Shown: one piece after another, positions 37,991-50,650 of the stretch
How the letters are laid out: the number at the start of each line of letters is the position of its first letter
How positions within the stretch are numbered: position 1 is the stretch's first letter
Source of the DNA: the human T2T-CHM13v2.0 reference genome, Homo sapiens
NCBI RefSeq assembly: GCF_009914755.1
Contig: NC_060933.1
Length of the DNA stretch: 64,000 bases
Strand: one strand, 5' to 3'
Notes under the pieces: generated by a model
What the model saw: the letters and a program-made list of their open reading frames with translations, nothing else
What the model was told of the DNA's origin: nothing
Databases searched by the model: none
Position numbers and translations under genes: made by a program

Positions 37991-39442
37991 CAAAGCTCCA
38001 TTCCTAGCTGTAGCTAATGATTAGAATCAGTATAAATTTTAGCATTGGTATTACCTCCTCCAACTCCATTTTTAAAGTGAGAGAACTGAGATTTACCAGA
38101 ACTCACACAGATAATCAGCAGAAGAGTTAAAATTAAGCCTTTGCTCCTTTGCCACTTCATATAGTGCTGCTTCTTTCTCCATACCATCAGGAAGAAAGAT
38201 GAGATTAAAACTTGGGTTGAGGGTGGGGGTGTTTTCTTTTTAATGCGCTAGAGACCACAGGGAGGATGAACTGAGTTAGCAAAGCTGAGAACAGAGCAGT
38301 CTGGTGCGAAAGCTTAGGAAAAACAGATGAAGACTTTCTTTCCCTAAGCCACAGGCGCCATGAAGGCAGGGACAAGAAGGGCTGAGTTTGCTCATCATTC
38401 ACGCCCAGAGGCTGGTGCACAAACACTCGAACATCTGTCGAGTGAATGAATGACCTCAGACCGTAGGGGTGGCCATAAAGAGTCATTAGAGTACAGAAGA
38501 GCGGGCCTTGGGTGTGCAGGCTGATGGAGAGAGGAGTCTGCAATGACTTCTGGGTTTCAGGCTCAGAGGTCCTGGTGGAGCCAAAATGCAAAGTGTGGGA
38601 GAAGGCAACTCCAGCTAACAGTAACAAGTGAATATTGCCCATTAAGAGCCTGTTTGGAGTAGTCAGACATGTTATCCAATCATTTCCCTGGACCTGGCAG
38701 AAACGAAACAGAGCGTCAGTCAGGGGAATTTAGGTGAGCCTTCGACTGGGCCCATGGTCAGCATGAGGGTAGCAGAGAACGTGTAGCAAGCCAGGTGATG
38801 AGACAGAGACATCTTCAATCCCTCTCATTCTCCTCCGAGGGAAGAAGTCGAGCTTTCCATTCTTTCTGAGGTTCAGGGAGGGACCTGTGGCCATTCTAAC
38901 AGCTATTTCTCCTCAGCCTCTAGCACTGTTGTCATACTCTGCAATCTCCCTCCAGCCAGTGTCCTGAGGGGTCTGGATTTTGCAGAGAAGAGATGGATCC
39001 AACATTAAGACTACAAGGGCCTCATCTCTAGTACCTGAGCCCATCAAAATAGCCAGGAGCAATCCCCAGGGCCCCACCTTCACTTTCTGCCCTTGGTGAT
39101 GCTGTCTGGAGGAGGCCTGGAGCGAGTCGGCCTCTCTTTTAAAAATAAGTCAGCACTGAGCAGATCCCATGCCACGGACAGTGCTTACCCACTAGGGAGG
39201 ACTGGCTTCCCACCCACCTGCATGGTGGGTTCCGGTAGTCCTTCCCACTGCCTCCCTCGAGATCTCATTGCAACTGATCTCTATCATCCCTAAGGACTCC
39301 CGGAGGAAGGCCCTGAGTCTCATTCAGCATGCTGGACAAAAGGCCATTTTTGAGACAAGTAGCAGAATTTTTACCTTCCTAAACAAGAAGATTAAGCACT
39401 TAAGGGAATGGAAACAACTGATTATTAAAGTGGGAGACATAC

Positions 39443-39473
39443 CGGTGATGATAAGATCCACCTCCAGCTTCTC
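39443..39473 (-). CDS. Candidate 31-nt (possibly coding) exon; frame unknown: EKLEVDLIIT(G), (G)EAGGGSYHH(R) or RSWRWILSSP
   Basis: CACCTTCTCCAG|GAGAAGCTGGAGGTGGATCTTATCATCACCG|GTATGT; open in all three frames; lies upstream of the candidate terminal exons. Confidence 0.4.
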
Positions 39474-39849
39474 CTGGAGAAGGTGTTTGTTTACAGACAA
39501 GGATAATTTGATTAAAACCACGAACAGAGTCTGAGAGTCTGAGCTTCCCTTAGAAAAGGTATTTTTTTTTTTCTTTTGAGAAGTCAGTCTGGAATTGCAG
39601 TGTGCTCATTCTTATACTAACTTTTCTTTCCAAAAAAATGCCATGTTTCCTAAAAATAAGGGTTTGAAACATTTTCTCTCTTATTATGTTGCTGTTTACA
39701 AGAATATACGGCAGCTATGGCTACCGACACAGAAATATTTTTTACTTTGATTCTGGGTAAGGAAAAGAAGTTTGCTGGACAGCATGATCCTGTTTTTGAT
39801 AAATAACACAACCATATCCATATACTCATTTGTGCATAGGAAAAATATT

Positions 39850-40060
39850 AGAAAAATGTTGACTCAATTACTGAGGAGGAACATGCGCTTTTGTATACAT
39901 TTGTACTCTTTGAAATTCCATAATGTTCATGTATCGCATTTGTAAATAAAAACAAAAAGTAAGATGAAAGGTGCGTGGGACCTCCCTGTACCTTTTTTTT
40001 TTCTTTGCAACTTCCTTTGAATCTACAAATGATTTCAAAATACAAAGTTGAAAAAAAAAA
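39850..40060 (+). mobile_element. L1ME-type 3'-end fragment
   Basis: gggacctccctgtacctttttt...ttgcaacttcctttgaatctacaaatgatttcaaaatacaaagttgaaaaaaaa. Confidence 0.7.
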
Positions 40061-40837
40061 AGTAAATCAATACACTTTTCCATCTCAATGTTTGAATATC
40101 TGAACACTAAAGCCGGTGATAGGCAGACTCTAGAGGACTGCCTAGTGCTACAAGCAGTCCCAGTCCATGAGATCTGAGCAGTATTCTCCCTTCATGCTTT
40201 CAGAAGGCAGAGAATAAGATAAAAAATGAAAGCACTAGTGAAGGCGGAGTAATAATATACTGCCATGTTGCCCCTTTCTAACAAGGCAAATCTTGCCAAG
40301 CGATAGGCGGGTTTCACAAATAAGCCTCCTAAAGCCACTCAGGGAGGCTGGTGCAAGTTCAACACATGAGTAACACAGATAAACATGAAACCCCCAAGCC
40401 TTGATGGAAAGCAGTGATAGGTGGCCTGGAATGCCCTCCAGTGTGAAAGTTCTTATGAACAAACAAAGGCCGCTGCAGATTTCTTAATGACTGACAAAGT
40501 CTCTTACTGCTGGGCTCCTTAAGGGCAGGGTTATCTCTTTAAAGCTGCCATTAAGAGGCAAATCTCCCCATATGCCCACCCCCCCACCCTCCCAACCCCA
40601 CCTCTTTCACTCCCCTTCTCAACGCCTTTGCCACACACACATGTTGTAAGACAAGTAAATTCTGGTGCCAATGAACTCAGGAAAACGAGAAGGAAAAAAA
40701 GAAGGCCCCCATAGGCAGTGTGGGGTGTGTGTGCATAGATTTGGAATTAGAGGAGAGAGGGAGGAATGGATAGCAGAGTTTTATGGTTTCACCTGCTTTT
40801 GTCAAAGTGGCAGCGGAACTGATTACAATAAAAATTT

Positions 40838-41090
40838 TCATTCATCAGGCAGTCTTCATTCTTTCAGCAAATATTTATTGCTTACCTGCCATGTGCCAGA
40901 TAGTTTACTAGGTACTGGTGAGCAAAAATATACATGCTCCTTGCTCTGGAGGAACTTACAGCTCGGGGGACGGGGAGGAATGACATTAATCACACATTCA
41001 CGTTGAGTATATACAAAATTACACCTATGATGGATGCTTTAAAGAAGTGCTATGAAAATGCGTAACTGGGAAGGCAGTTGATTTGTAAGA
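40838..41090 (-). mobile_element. L2 3' fragment
   Basis: ttcattctttcagcaaatatttattgcttacctgccatgtgccag. Confidence 0.8.
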
Positions 41091-41103
41091 GTTAGGGAAA
41101 TTG

Positions 41104-41304
41104 GGCCGGGCGCGGTGGCTCACGCCTGTAATCCCAGCACTTTGGGAGGCCGAGGTGGGTGGATCATGAGGTCAGGAGATCGAGACCATCCTGGTTAACA
41201 CGGTGAAACCCCATCTCTACTAAAAATACAAAAAATTAGCCAGACATGGTGGCAGGCGCCTGTAGTCCCAGCTACTCGGGAGGCTGAGGCAGGAGAATGG
41301 CATG
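41104..41304 (+). mobile_element. AluY, 3'-truncated (no poly-A tail, no downstream TSD)
   Basis: AluY diagnostics gagatcgagaccatcctgg.taacacggtg, gcctgtagtccc and ggagaatggc; stops abruptly at about nt 200. Confidence 0.93.
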
Positions 41305-42515
41305 TAGATTTTTTAGGATTTTCTTTGTACACAAGTATGTCATCTGTGGAGAAAGAGAATTAGACTTCCTCCTTTCCAAGCTGTGTGCTTTTTACTTCTT
41401 TTTCTTTCACTATTTCAATGGCCACAATCTCCATCTACAATGTTGAATAACAGTGGTGAGAAAATACATTCTTGTTCATTTCCAATCTTAGGTGGAAAGC
41501 CTTCAATATTTCATCAAGTTTAATGTTAGCTATAGGTTTTTATAGTGGTCTTGATTAAAGAAATTCTCTCTATTCTTATTTTGCTTAGAGTTTTCTTTTT
41601 GAAAAAGTCATAAATGTAAATCTAATGTTTATCCTGCATCTACTGAGATGATCATAGACTTCTTCTCTTTTAATCTCTTAAGGTTGTGGATTACTAATTA
41701 ATTTTGCAATGTTGAACGACTCTTGCATTCTTGAATCCTGCTTGGTTGAGCGTTTATTATTCTTTCTATAAATTGCTGGATTTGATTTGCTAAATATCCG
41801 GCAATTTGATTTGTCAAGGATTTTTGTGTCTATATTCATATTGAGTATTTGTCTGTAATTTTCTTTTCTTGGAATAGTCTTGTTTGGTTTTGCTATCAAT
41901 GTAATGCTGGCCTCAATAAATAAGCTAGGAAGTCTTCTCTCCCTCTCTATTTTCTGACACAGGTTGTGTGGGAGCATTATTATTTCTTTAAATATTTGAT
42001 AGAATTTACCAGTGAAGCCATATGAGTCTGGAGTTTTCTTTCTGGAAAAGTTTTAAATTATGAATTCAAAGTCTCTAGCAGCTATAGGCTATTCAGATTC
42101 TATTTCTTATCATGTCAGTTTTGGTAAAATGTATTCCAAAAAATTATCCATTTTATCTGTCAAATTAACTGACATAAAATTGTTTATAATATCTTCTTAT
42201 TGTGTCAATGTCAATGGGTTCTGTCATGATAACCCTTCTTTCATTCATTCCTAAAAGTGGTAATTCTTTTTCTCTTTTTTTCTTGATCAGTCTAGCTAAG
42301 GTTTTGTCAATTTTATTAATCTTTTAAAAGCTCCCACTTTTGACTTTGTTGGTTTTCCCTATTGCTTTTCTGTTTTATTTTTCATTTATTTTACATCTTA
42401 TTTTTTAGAATTTCCTTTTTTAAAATTAACAGTTGATTGAATCTGCTCTTTGTTCTGTAATTACTTAAGATTGACCACAGATCACTAATTTCATCTACTT
42501 ATTTTGTTCTAATAT
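41305..42515 (-). mobile_element. Old L1M ORF2 fragment
   Basis: Peptide LPSLFIEASITLIAKPNKTIPRKENYRQILNMNIDTKIL matches the L1 ORF2 pre-RT region. Confidence 0.9.
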
Positions 42516-44995
42516 AGGCACACACTCTCTTCCAAGCCAGCCTCCTCTCTTTTCACACAAAACTGACTATTCTTTACCCATTGCCCTCCTTGTGGCCGCC
42601 TTTGGTTATATAGAAATCGAATCCTTTCTCACAAAATTGTCTTTTCAATATCTGAAGTTGGCTATTATAATATCTCCCAATTTTCTGTTTTTCAGGCTAA
42701 CCATGCCATGTGATCTTGGGGGAAAAACTAGGAGCAAGTCAAATATTCTTTTATATCTGAACTCAGGTATTCTTTTAAATTTTAAATCTTAATTTTGCAA
42801 AAATGTGAGCAAAACAAGAAGTTTCTTATAGAACAGCCATTCTGTGACTGAAAGCATCAATTCTGCATTCCAACAGACAGGTCATTCTGCAATATTTTAA
42901 AATGTCACAAATTGCAAGCTCAGAATGCCGTGAAGCTCAGGAAACTGACATGGTAGAGCAGAGCACGACAGTCTACAGTTGTGCTGCCCAATATGGTAGC
43001 TACTAACCACAAATGTGATTGGAGTCAGGCAGACTTTGGGTTCAGCTCCAATTCTACCACTTGAAAACATTATTTAACCTCTTAAAGTCTGTTTTTTTTT
43101 TTGTTTTTTGTAAAGTGAAAGTAGTAGAATTCACCCCATATTACCCATTCTTGTAATGAGTCCATGTGATTATGTGTGTTTAATAAAAGTAAATACATAT
43201 ACCTAATCAGAAGATGAGAGATTAAGTGAGAGGGCTAATAAGAAACATAAATTTGGGGCAGACCTTTAAAAACCTTTGCATTTTGTAACTGAAGCACCAA
43301 CCAAAGCAATGATCACCAGTAGGTGGGGAGAGACTTTGCTGCCCTGCAAGGCCGCCAACATGGCCACAGACTCTCACTTCACATATTAAAAATGTACAGA
43401 AATAACGGGGTAGAAATGCTGAAAATTAGAGCAAGGCTGACAAGAGATAAAGCAATGCAATTAGAAGTGAAGTTGTGAGTCAGTAGGGCCACCCATGAAG
43501 GTGGGCATGGAGGCAATGCAAGTCGCCATCAGCCAGAAGCCACACAGGCCTGGCCTGCCAGCACAGAGGTCAGTTCCTATTTTGAATCTGTAAAAATACA
43601 ATTGACAGGGACTCCTGATGCCCGTGCAGCAGCCAAGCTAAGGGTTTCTCTTTTTCCCAATGAATATTTTCATTCTACTGTTATTATTTGAGGTCCCTTC
43701 AGATAAATCATGTATGAGCCAACACTATGTCTTCCTTATACCAACATCATTTCTCTTTGACCAACTGTTCATGAACTAATTCACATTTACACACAATAGC
43801 AGGCCTGAACACTGAGGAAAAAGAACTGGGCTTAGAATCAAAAGAACCTAAATTCAAGCCCCGGCTTTGCCATTCACTAACTTTGACAACAGCACATTAT
43901 CATTCAGCCTCTGTACACTGCAGGGTCCTCGCCTGCACCTGCTCCTGCTGTGTGGTGCTGGCGGGAGGTCTGGATGAAGACGCTGTGGAGGGCTGCACAA
44001 ATGGAAGGGATTTCCCAGGAGGATGGCATTTGAACAAGGTTTCTGAGAGGCTGTGCTTCAGCTTTCAAAGTCCCAGTAAGCTGTAGGAAGCACAGGTGTC
44101 CTCCTTCACTCCCATCTCCCTGCATCACCAAGGTACTCAGCCTCAAACGCCACCACCGCTGCCCTGTTCTTGCTGCCTTCTAGGGATCTCTGTAGCCTTG
44201 GAAAAGTACAAGGGATGCTTATCAAAGAACTCCACAGATGTCTGGGCCAACAGAGAGCCATTTTGTTTTTGACTTATGCACTTTACCATAAATTCTGCAA
44301 ATGAAACAACACTTGAAAAACAAAACCCCAAAACCTCCTCTCCTGCCTCATCACTGTCCCTTCAGGCCGAATCCATTCATAAGTCCCATCTGGACCTCCT
44401 GCCTCTAAACAGAACCCCTGCCCTATTCATGGTGAAAGTCAGTGTTTCAGAATGGACCCACTTCCTCTCCCCTTCTCATTCCAACACAAGGAGATGGTGG
44501 AAAAGAAAGATGACTCAATGCTACTTTAAGTGCTTTGGAGACAGCAGGCCAATTTTACACTGGGTTTTTAGTGTCCGTGGCTGGAGATAAAGGGCTCTTT
44601 CTCTGATCCTGCTGCCCTTCTGCCTCCCACCCTTCTTTCTCCTCCATCTCCTCCTCTGCTTTCCCCACTTTGCCCATCTCAGACCATATTCACAGAGAAA
44701 GAATAGTAACCCCTTGCCCTACCAGACAAATGTCATTTCCACAAGTACAAAGGCAACGTGGCCATTCATTTGTTGTTTTGCAGAGTGGCACACACTAGAC
44801 AAAGTCTAAAAGATGCTCAGAGAAGGCTGGCTTTTCAGAGGGCTCAGCTTCCCAGGTGTCATTGTGTAACTGGAGAAATGTGGACAGAGAGTTTGAAAGC
44901 CATGCTCCTTCTCACACAGCTGCGTGCACTGCGATAACAGACTTCTCCCCCATAGGCTTCCATCCGTTTCGTCTCTAATGTGGGGGCGGTGAGCA

Positions 44996-45210
44996 ATATA
45001 ATAATAATAATAATAACTATCATTTAATAAGATTTCACTATGTGCCAGGGATTGCACTAAACTTTCACATGTATTGCCCCACTAGTATTATCTATTACCT
45101 TTCTACTGATAAGGAAAACAAAGTTGAGTGTAGATGAGAAAATCTGCCCAGGCTCATGGAATAAGTTCTGTAGAAGTGTGATTTGCATCCAGACCTGCTC
45201 CAACGCCTGT
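44996..45210 (-). mobile_element. (TAA)n followed by a MIR
   Basis: taataataa...cactatgtgccagg...ctactgataaggaaaac...tctgcccaggctca. Confidence 0.75.
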
Positions 45211-47276
45211 ATTGGAGGCCTCTGTGTCTATGATCACCATTTATTCTCTGAAGACCCCTTTGGCCTTCACCCACCTAAGTTGGCCAATACTTGCAATGCA
45301 TACTTTCCTCTGTGATCTTCACCAATCACACTGCAATGCAGATATGCTTGCTTACCTGTGTCTCCAGCTAGACTCCAGCCACATCTTCATAAAAACAGGG
45401 CCTAGGACATGTGTATTCAGAGCACCCAGCACAATTCTTGGCACATAATAGGTCATAAAGATTTGAGGAACAATGAGTTCCTGAGCATCTTATTTGGAAG
45501 CACTAGTTCGACTTAGTAAACTGGTGCACTGTTCTCTTTTTGAATCTCAGTACTGACACCCACCCAGTCCCATAATACTTGTAATTCAGCCTCCAAACTT
45601 CTCTTTCAGGGAGGGGTAGAGAAAAAGGGGCATTTACCAGAGCCGTGAGACAATTTCTACATGATTTAAAAAGAGAGTGTTTAGCACAAACCACATTATT
45701 TTAGTCTTGCTGTCATATCTATCTGCTCCTTCAATATATTTAGACTTAAAGGTGATGTTACAATGAGAAACAGCCAGAAAAAGGCATAGGCCAATAAGAT
45801 ATGAATTTCCAATAAAGGATAGACAGTTGTGTACACATTTTAGAACACACATTGAAGAGAAATGTGCTTCAGTCTGATTATATATAGCTTTGAGGAATTT
45901 GTTCCCATACTTACTGCATGGTATTAAACAACCCAAGATAAATCTTTGGTGACTCCAAGAAAGAGGTTCGACTGTAATTATGGATTAACACACACCCACA
46001 GTTAATAATAGTTGCTTCAGTTTAGCATCAGTGCAACCATTTACACTGATAATATATTAAACACTACTTTTTTCTCCCAGGCACAGTGAATGACTACTAG
46101 GGCAGGATCACCTTCCACTAAGCAGATGTCATAGCTCCAAGCCTCTAATCATTTGTAACCATTAGGGAAAACATGGGGCTGAACCAATTAAAAAAATAAA
46201 AACTATCCCAAAGCTCACAAAACCACATAATTACATTGCATCACTTAGCATTTTGACTGACTGTTTGGAAAACCTGATACAAAGGCTCACAGGCTGCCTC
46301 AAATGCCTCATAAACGTGGTAACTTTACCTGTGTAAACCCACCTAAAAAATTTGTTTCCACATCATGTACGGAGGGAAAGGTGAATAAATACAGATACAC
46401 GGAGATTGGTAGAAAAGTAGAGACAAACACTAGTGTTATTTTCCCAATCTGAGACTATTTGTTGTTACTTTTTCATCACTGATGTTTTAAATTTTCCATA
46501 GCAAAATGACATTTTACTTGTGGAAAGACCATCGGCATGGCCACGCCATTCCTTTCAGAATTCCTAACTGTGGAAGTTTAAAGTACTTAGCTCACTAGTA
46601 ATAATCAGGAGACAGAGTTTAAAATCAGGTTTTCTTCTGTCCAAAGACATATCACCTAATCATTTTGGTAATCTGTTTTTCCATCACTAAAAAGGGATTG
46701 TTTATCTCAAGATTAGTCAGAATTTTACATACACTCTGGAAAGGATATTGAGCTATTTAATAAAAGTCATAATAAAAACACTACGCAGGCACTGGGGAGA
46801 ATGGGAAGTGCAATGTGTTATCATTGCATTATGTTTTTACGTTGAGCCAGAAGGCATTTTTTCTCATGCACTAATTTTGCCGCCTCCCGCCACCCATATC
46901 AATACTATCCCTGGGCACTTGTAACGTTCTTTCCATCCTAGGTCTTCTCACATTACTTTGCCTCCTGAGAAGACAAAAGTACGTCTGCAGCCAAGTGCTC
47001 TCAGATCTCATTCACGAACACAGATCCTTCATGGGAACCCGAGTAGGATAGAAAAGGGCTGTGACAGAGGCAAAAAATTAAATAATAATGAATGTTTCAT
47101 GGAGGCCAACAACCACAGAGAGGACAGTGGAAAGAGAGAGACACAGAAGCAGAGCCCATGGGCAGGGGTGCAAAAGAAGTCTCAGAAAGCAGAGGTGAGG
47201 GGAGAAATGGAAAGAAGACGGTGCTAGGGAGCCGGATGTATATACAGATGATGGCTTTTTAAAAAGCTAGTTCCCA

Positions 47277-47405
47277 AAGAAATGATAAATGTTGGAGATG
47301 ATGGATATGCTAATATCTCTGATCTGATACATACATTACATATATCAAAACATCACTATGTACCCCATGAATATGTACAATTATTAGTTGTCAATTAAAA
47401 TAAAA
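47277..47405 (+). mobile_element. L1MA-type 3'-end fragment
   Basis: aaatgataaatgttggagatgatggatatgctaat...catcactatgtaccccatgaatatgtacaattatta. Confidence 0.85.
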
Positions 47406-47751
47406 TTGTCAGTTAATTAAAATATTACTTATAGAAATCAGACTTGATTCAGTATTTCTTCTCTTCAAAAAAAACCCAAACTCTTATTATTTCTTTTAAT
47501 CCAAGTAGACAGATAAGACAACAGATATAAGCAAAAAAATTATTTTTAAAATTTAAGAAATCATCAAAAATAACCACTCTTAACATTAGAGTATAACCTG
47601 GCAGACACATTTATAGTTAAAAACAAAAAGAAATCATATTCGACATACTGTTTCATAATTGTCTTTTTTTCACTTAGCACATCAAGATGTTTTCTATGTC
47701 AGTAAATATGAATCCACATCATCATTTTTAACAGCAGTCTCATATTTCATT

Positions 47752-50179
47752 TGTATTAGGCCATCGTGCATTGCTATAAAGGAATACCTGAGACTGCGTA
47801 ATTTATAAAGAAGAAGGTTTATTTGGCTCATGGCTCTGCAGGCTGTATAAGCATGGCACCAGCATCTGCTTGGCTTCTGGTGAGGCCTCAAGAAGCTTTT
47901 ATTCATGATGGAAGGCAGAGTAGGAGCAGGCATGTCACATGGCTAGGGAGTGAGTAAGAGAGAGAGGAGAGGGAGGTGTCAGGCTCCTTTAAACAACTAG
48001 CTCTCCTGTAAACTACCAGAGCAAGAACTCACTCAGCTGTTCATGAGAGATGTGCCCCATAACCTAAACACCTCCCTCTAAGCCCATCTCCAACACTGGA
48101 GATTACATTTGAACACGAAATTTGGAGGAGACACACATCTAAACTATATCATTATGTCCCCGGTCCCCAAAATATCATATCCTTCTCATATTGCAAAGTA
48201 CAATCATCCCTTCCCAGTAGTTCCCAACAGTCTTAACTCATTCTAGCCTCAACTCAAAAGTCCAAAGTCCCATGTCCAAAGTCTCATCTGAGACTGAGCC
48301 TGTAAAGTAAAAAACAAGTAATCTATTTCCAAGATACAATGGTGGTACAGGCATTGGGTAAACATGCCCTTTCCAAAAGGGAGAAATCAGCCAAAAGAAA
48401 GGAGCAATAGACCCTACACACATCTGAAACCCAGCAGAGCAGACATTAAACCTTAAAGCTCCAAAATAACCTCCCATGACTCCATGTCCCACATCCAGGC
48501 CACACTGGGGCAAAGGGTGGGCTCCCAAGGCCTTGGGCAGCTCCGCCTCTGTGGCTTTGCAGGGTACAGCCCCCACGGCTGCTTTCATTGGTTGAAGTTG
48601 AGTGTCTGCCGGTTTTCCAGACTCAGGGTGCACGCTGCTTGTGGCTCTACCATCCTGGGGTCTGAAGGGCACAGCAGTGTCCTGATGGGGACTCTGTGTG
48701 GGGAATAGGCAGTGTCCCAGTGGGGATTCTGTGTGGGGGCTCCAACCCCACATTTCCCCTCATGCCCTAACAGAAGTTCTCTGAAGGGGATCTGCCCCTG
48801 CCGCAGGCTTCTGTCTGGGCATCCAGGCTTTCTGATACTTCCTCTGAAATCTAGGCGGAAGCTGCCAAGTCTCCCTTAGTCTTGTATTCTGCATACCAAG
48901 TAGAAACCTCCAAGGCTTATAGTGGCTTGCGCTCTTCAAAGTGGCAGCCTGAGCTGTACCTTGGGCCCTTTGAGCTGAGGCTGGAAATGCAGCAGACTGG
49001 ATGCAGCAGTAGCCTCCTGAGGCAGCAGAGAGCAGTAGTAGCACTCTGGGCCTGGCTCCCCAAACTGAGGGGCTGCCTCAGAGACTTCTGAAATGCCTTC
49101 ATGGCCTTTTCCCCATTGTTTTGGTTATTAGCACCTGGCTTCCTCTTAGTCATGCTAATCTCTTCAGCAAGCGGTTGTTCCACAGCCTGCTTGGATTCTT
49201 TCTCTATCACATGGCCAGGTTGTGAAGTTTCCAAATGTTTACGCTCTGCTTCCCTTTTAACTATGAGTTCCAACATTAAGTCCTTTGCTCCCAAATCTGA
49301 ATGTAAGTCGTTAGAAGCAGCCACCCCACCTCCTGAATGCATTTCTGCTTGGAAATTTCTTCCAACAGACACTCTAAATCATCACTCCTAAGTTCAACCT
49401 TCCACAAATCCCTCAGGCATGGACACAATGCGCCAGGTTCTTTGCTAAGGAATAACAAGGGTGACCTTTGCTTCAGTTCCCAATGACTTCCTCATTTCCA
49501 TCTGAGACCTTGGTAGCCTGGTCTTCACCATTCATGTTTCTAAAAGCATTTTAGAATGCTTCACAACCACTTAACCAGGCTCTGAGAGGCTCCAAACTTT
49601 CCCTTGTCTTCCTGTCTCCTGAGCCCTCCAAACTCTTCCAACCTCTGCCTGTAACCCAGCTCCAAAGCTGTTTCCACATTTTCAGGTATCTTTGTAGCAA
49701 TGCCCCACTCCTTGGCACCAATTTTCTGAGTCAGTTTTGAGTTGCTAAAAGGAATACCTGAGACTGGGTAATTTATAAAGAAAAGTGGTTTATTTGGCTC
49801 ATGATTCTGCAGGCTGTATAAGTATGGCACCAGCATCCGCTCAGCTTCTGATGAACCCTCAGGAAGCTTTTACTCATGGTGGAAAGTGAAGAGGGTGCAG
49901 GTATGTCACACAGCGAGAGAGGGAACAAGAAAGAGAGATGGAGCAAGACAGAAAGAGGGAGAAATATAGACAAGAGGACGAGGTGCCAGGCCCCTTTAGA
50001 GAACCAGCTCTCACATCAACTACCGGAGCAAGAACTCACTCATTGCCATGGGAGGACACCAAGTCATTCACGAGGGATCTGTCCCCATAACCCAAACACC
50101 TCCCACTAGGCCCGCCTTCAACACTGGCGGATGTATTTCAACATGAGATTTGGAGGGGACACACATCCAAACTTTATCA
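47752..50179 (-). mobile_element. Full-length MST-family (MSTA/MSTB-like) MaLR provirus: LTR 47752-~48151, internal region, LTR ~49726-50179
   Basis: Two homologous LTRs (ggaatacctgagactg.gtaatttataaagaa...aaact.tatca) around MaLR internal sequence; degenerate 5-bp TSD tcatt/ccgtt; inserted in an L1ME. ORFs at 48238-49458 are typical MaLR-internal pseudo-translations. Confidence 0.95.
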
Positions 50180-50261
50180 CCGTTGTATGAATTTAACCAA
50201 CCTATATGTCTTTCTGGTAAACATATAGGTGGATTGTTGATTGGAAATTACAAATAATGCC

Positions 50262-50650
50262 TTATCAATTAGCTTTCACCGTGTAATAAACAACCTCACA
50301 ATTTCTCGACTTACAAGAACAACATTTCTTTTTTTTTTTTTAGTTCATTATTCTGTGAAGCAACTAGGGGTCCTCTCTCCATGTGGTTTCTCATCCATAG
50401 TGGTCCAGCCTGGACTTCTTCACCAGTGGTCTCAGAGGCTTGGACAGCAAGCTCCAATGTGCAAGTGCTTGTTAAGCCTTAGCTTCTAATATACTTAGTA
50501 ATGTCTTTTTGCCCAACCCAAGTCATCTGTCCAACCCAGAGTCAAAGGCTGAAGAATAGACTCCATTGCTTGGTGAGAATCTGCAACGTCACATTACAAG
50601 AAATATAACATAAAAGCATGAAGGAATTTTTGACATTTGGCAATCTTCCA
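50262..50650 (-). mobile_element. MLT1 (I/J-like) LTR
   Basis: tgtaataaacaacctcacaat...caagtcatctgtccaacccagagtcaaagg...caatcttccaca. Confidence 0.7.

Noticed and set aside
39150-39185. REST/RE1 half-sites (tcagcact ... ggacagtgc)
   Set aside because: The spacer of about 18 bp is outside known canonical and non-canonical spacings.
43904-44146. Minus-strand acceptor-like TTCCTACAG followed by an open frame
   Set aside because: No clear donor, it runs into a MIR fragment, and the peptide is unrecognised; too weak to call an exon.
46328-46341. Possible 14-nt minus-strand microexon (TTTTTTAG|GTGGGTTTACACAG|GTAAAG)
   Set aside because: Short pyrimidine tract; matches like this are expected by chance in 24 kb of intron.
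48238-50109. Longest ORFs in the window (171 aa, 151 aa and others)
   Set aside because: They lie inside the MST internal region and LTRs; these are familiar MaLR pseudo-translations with no gene structure.
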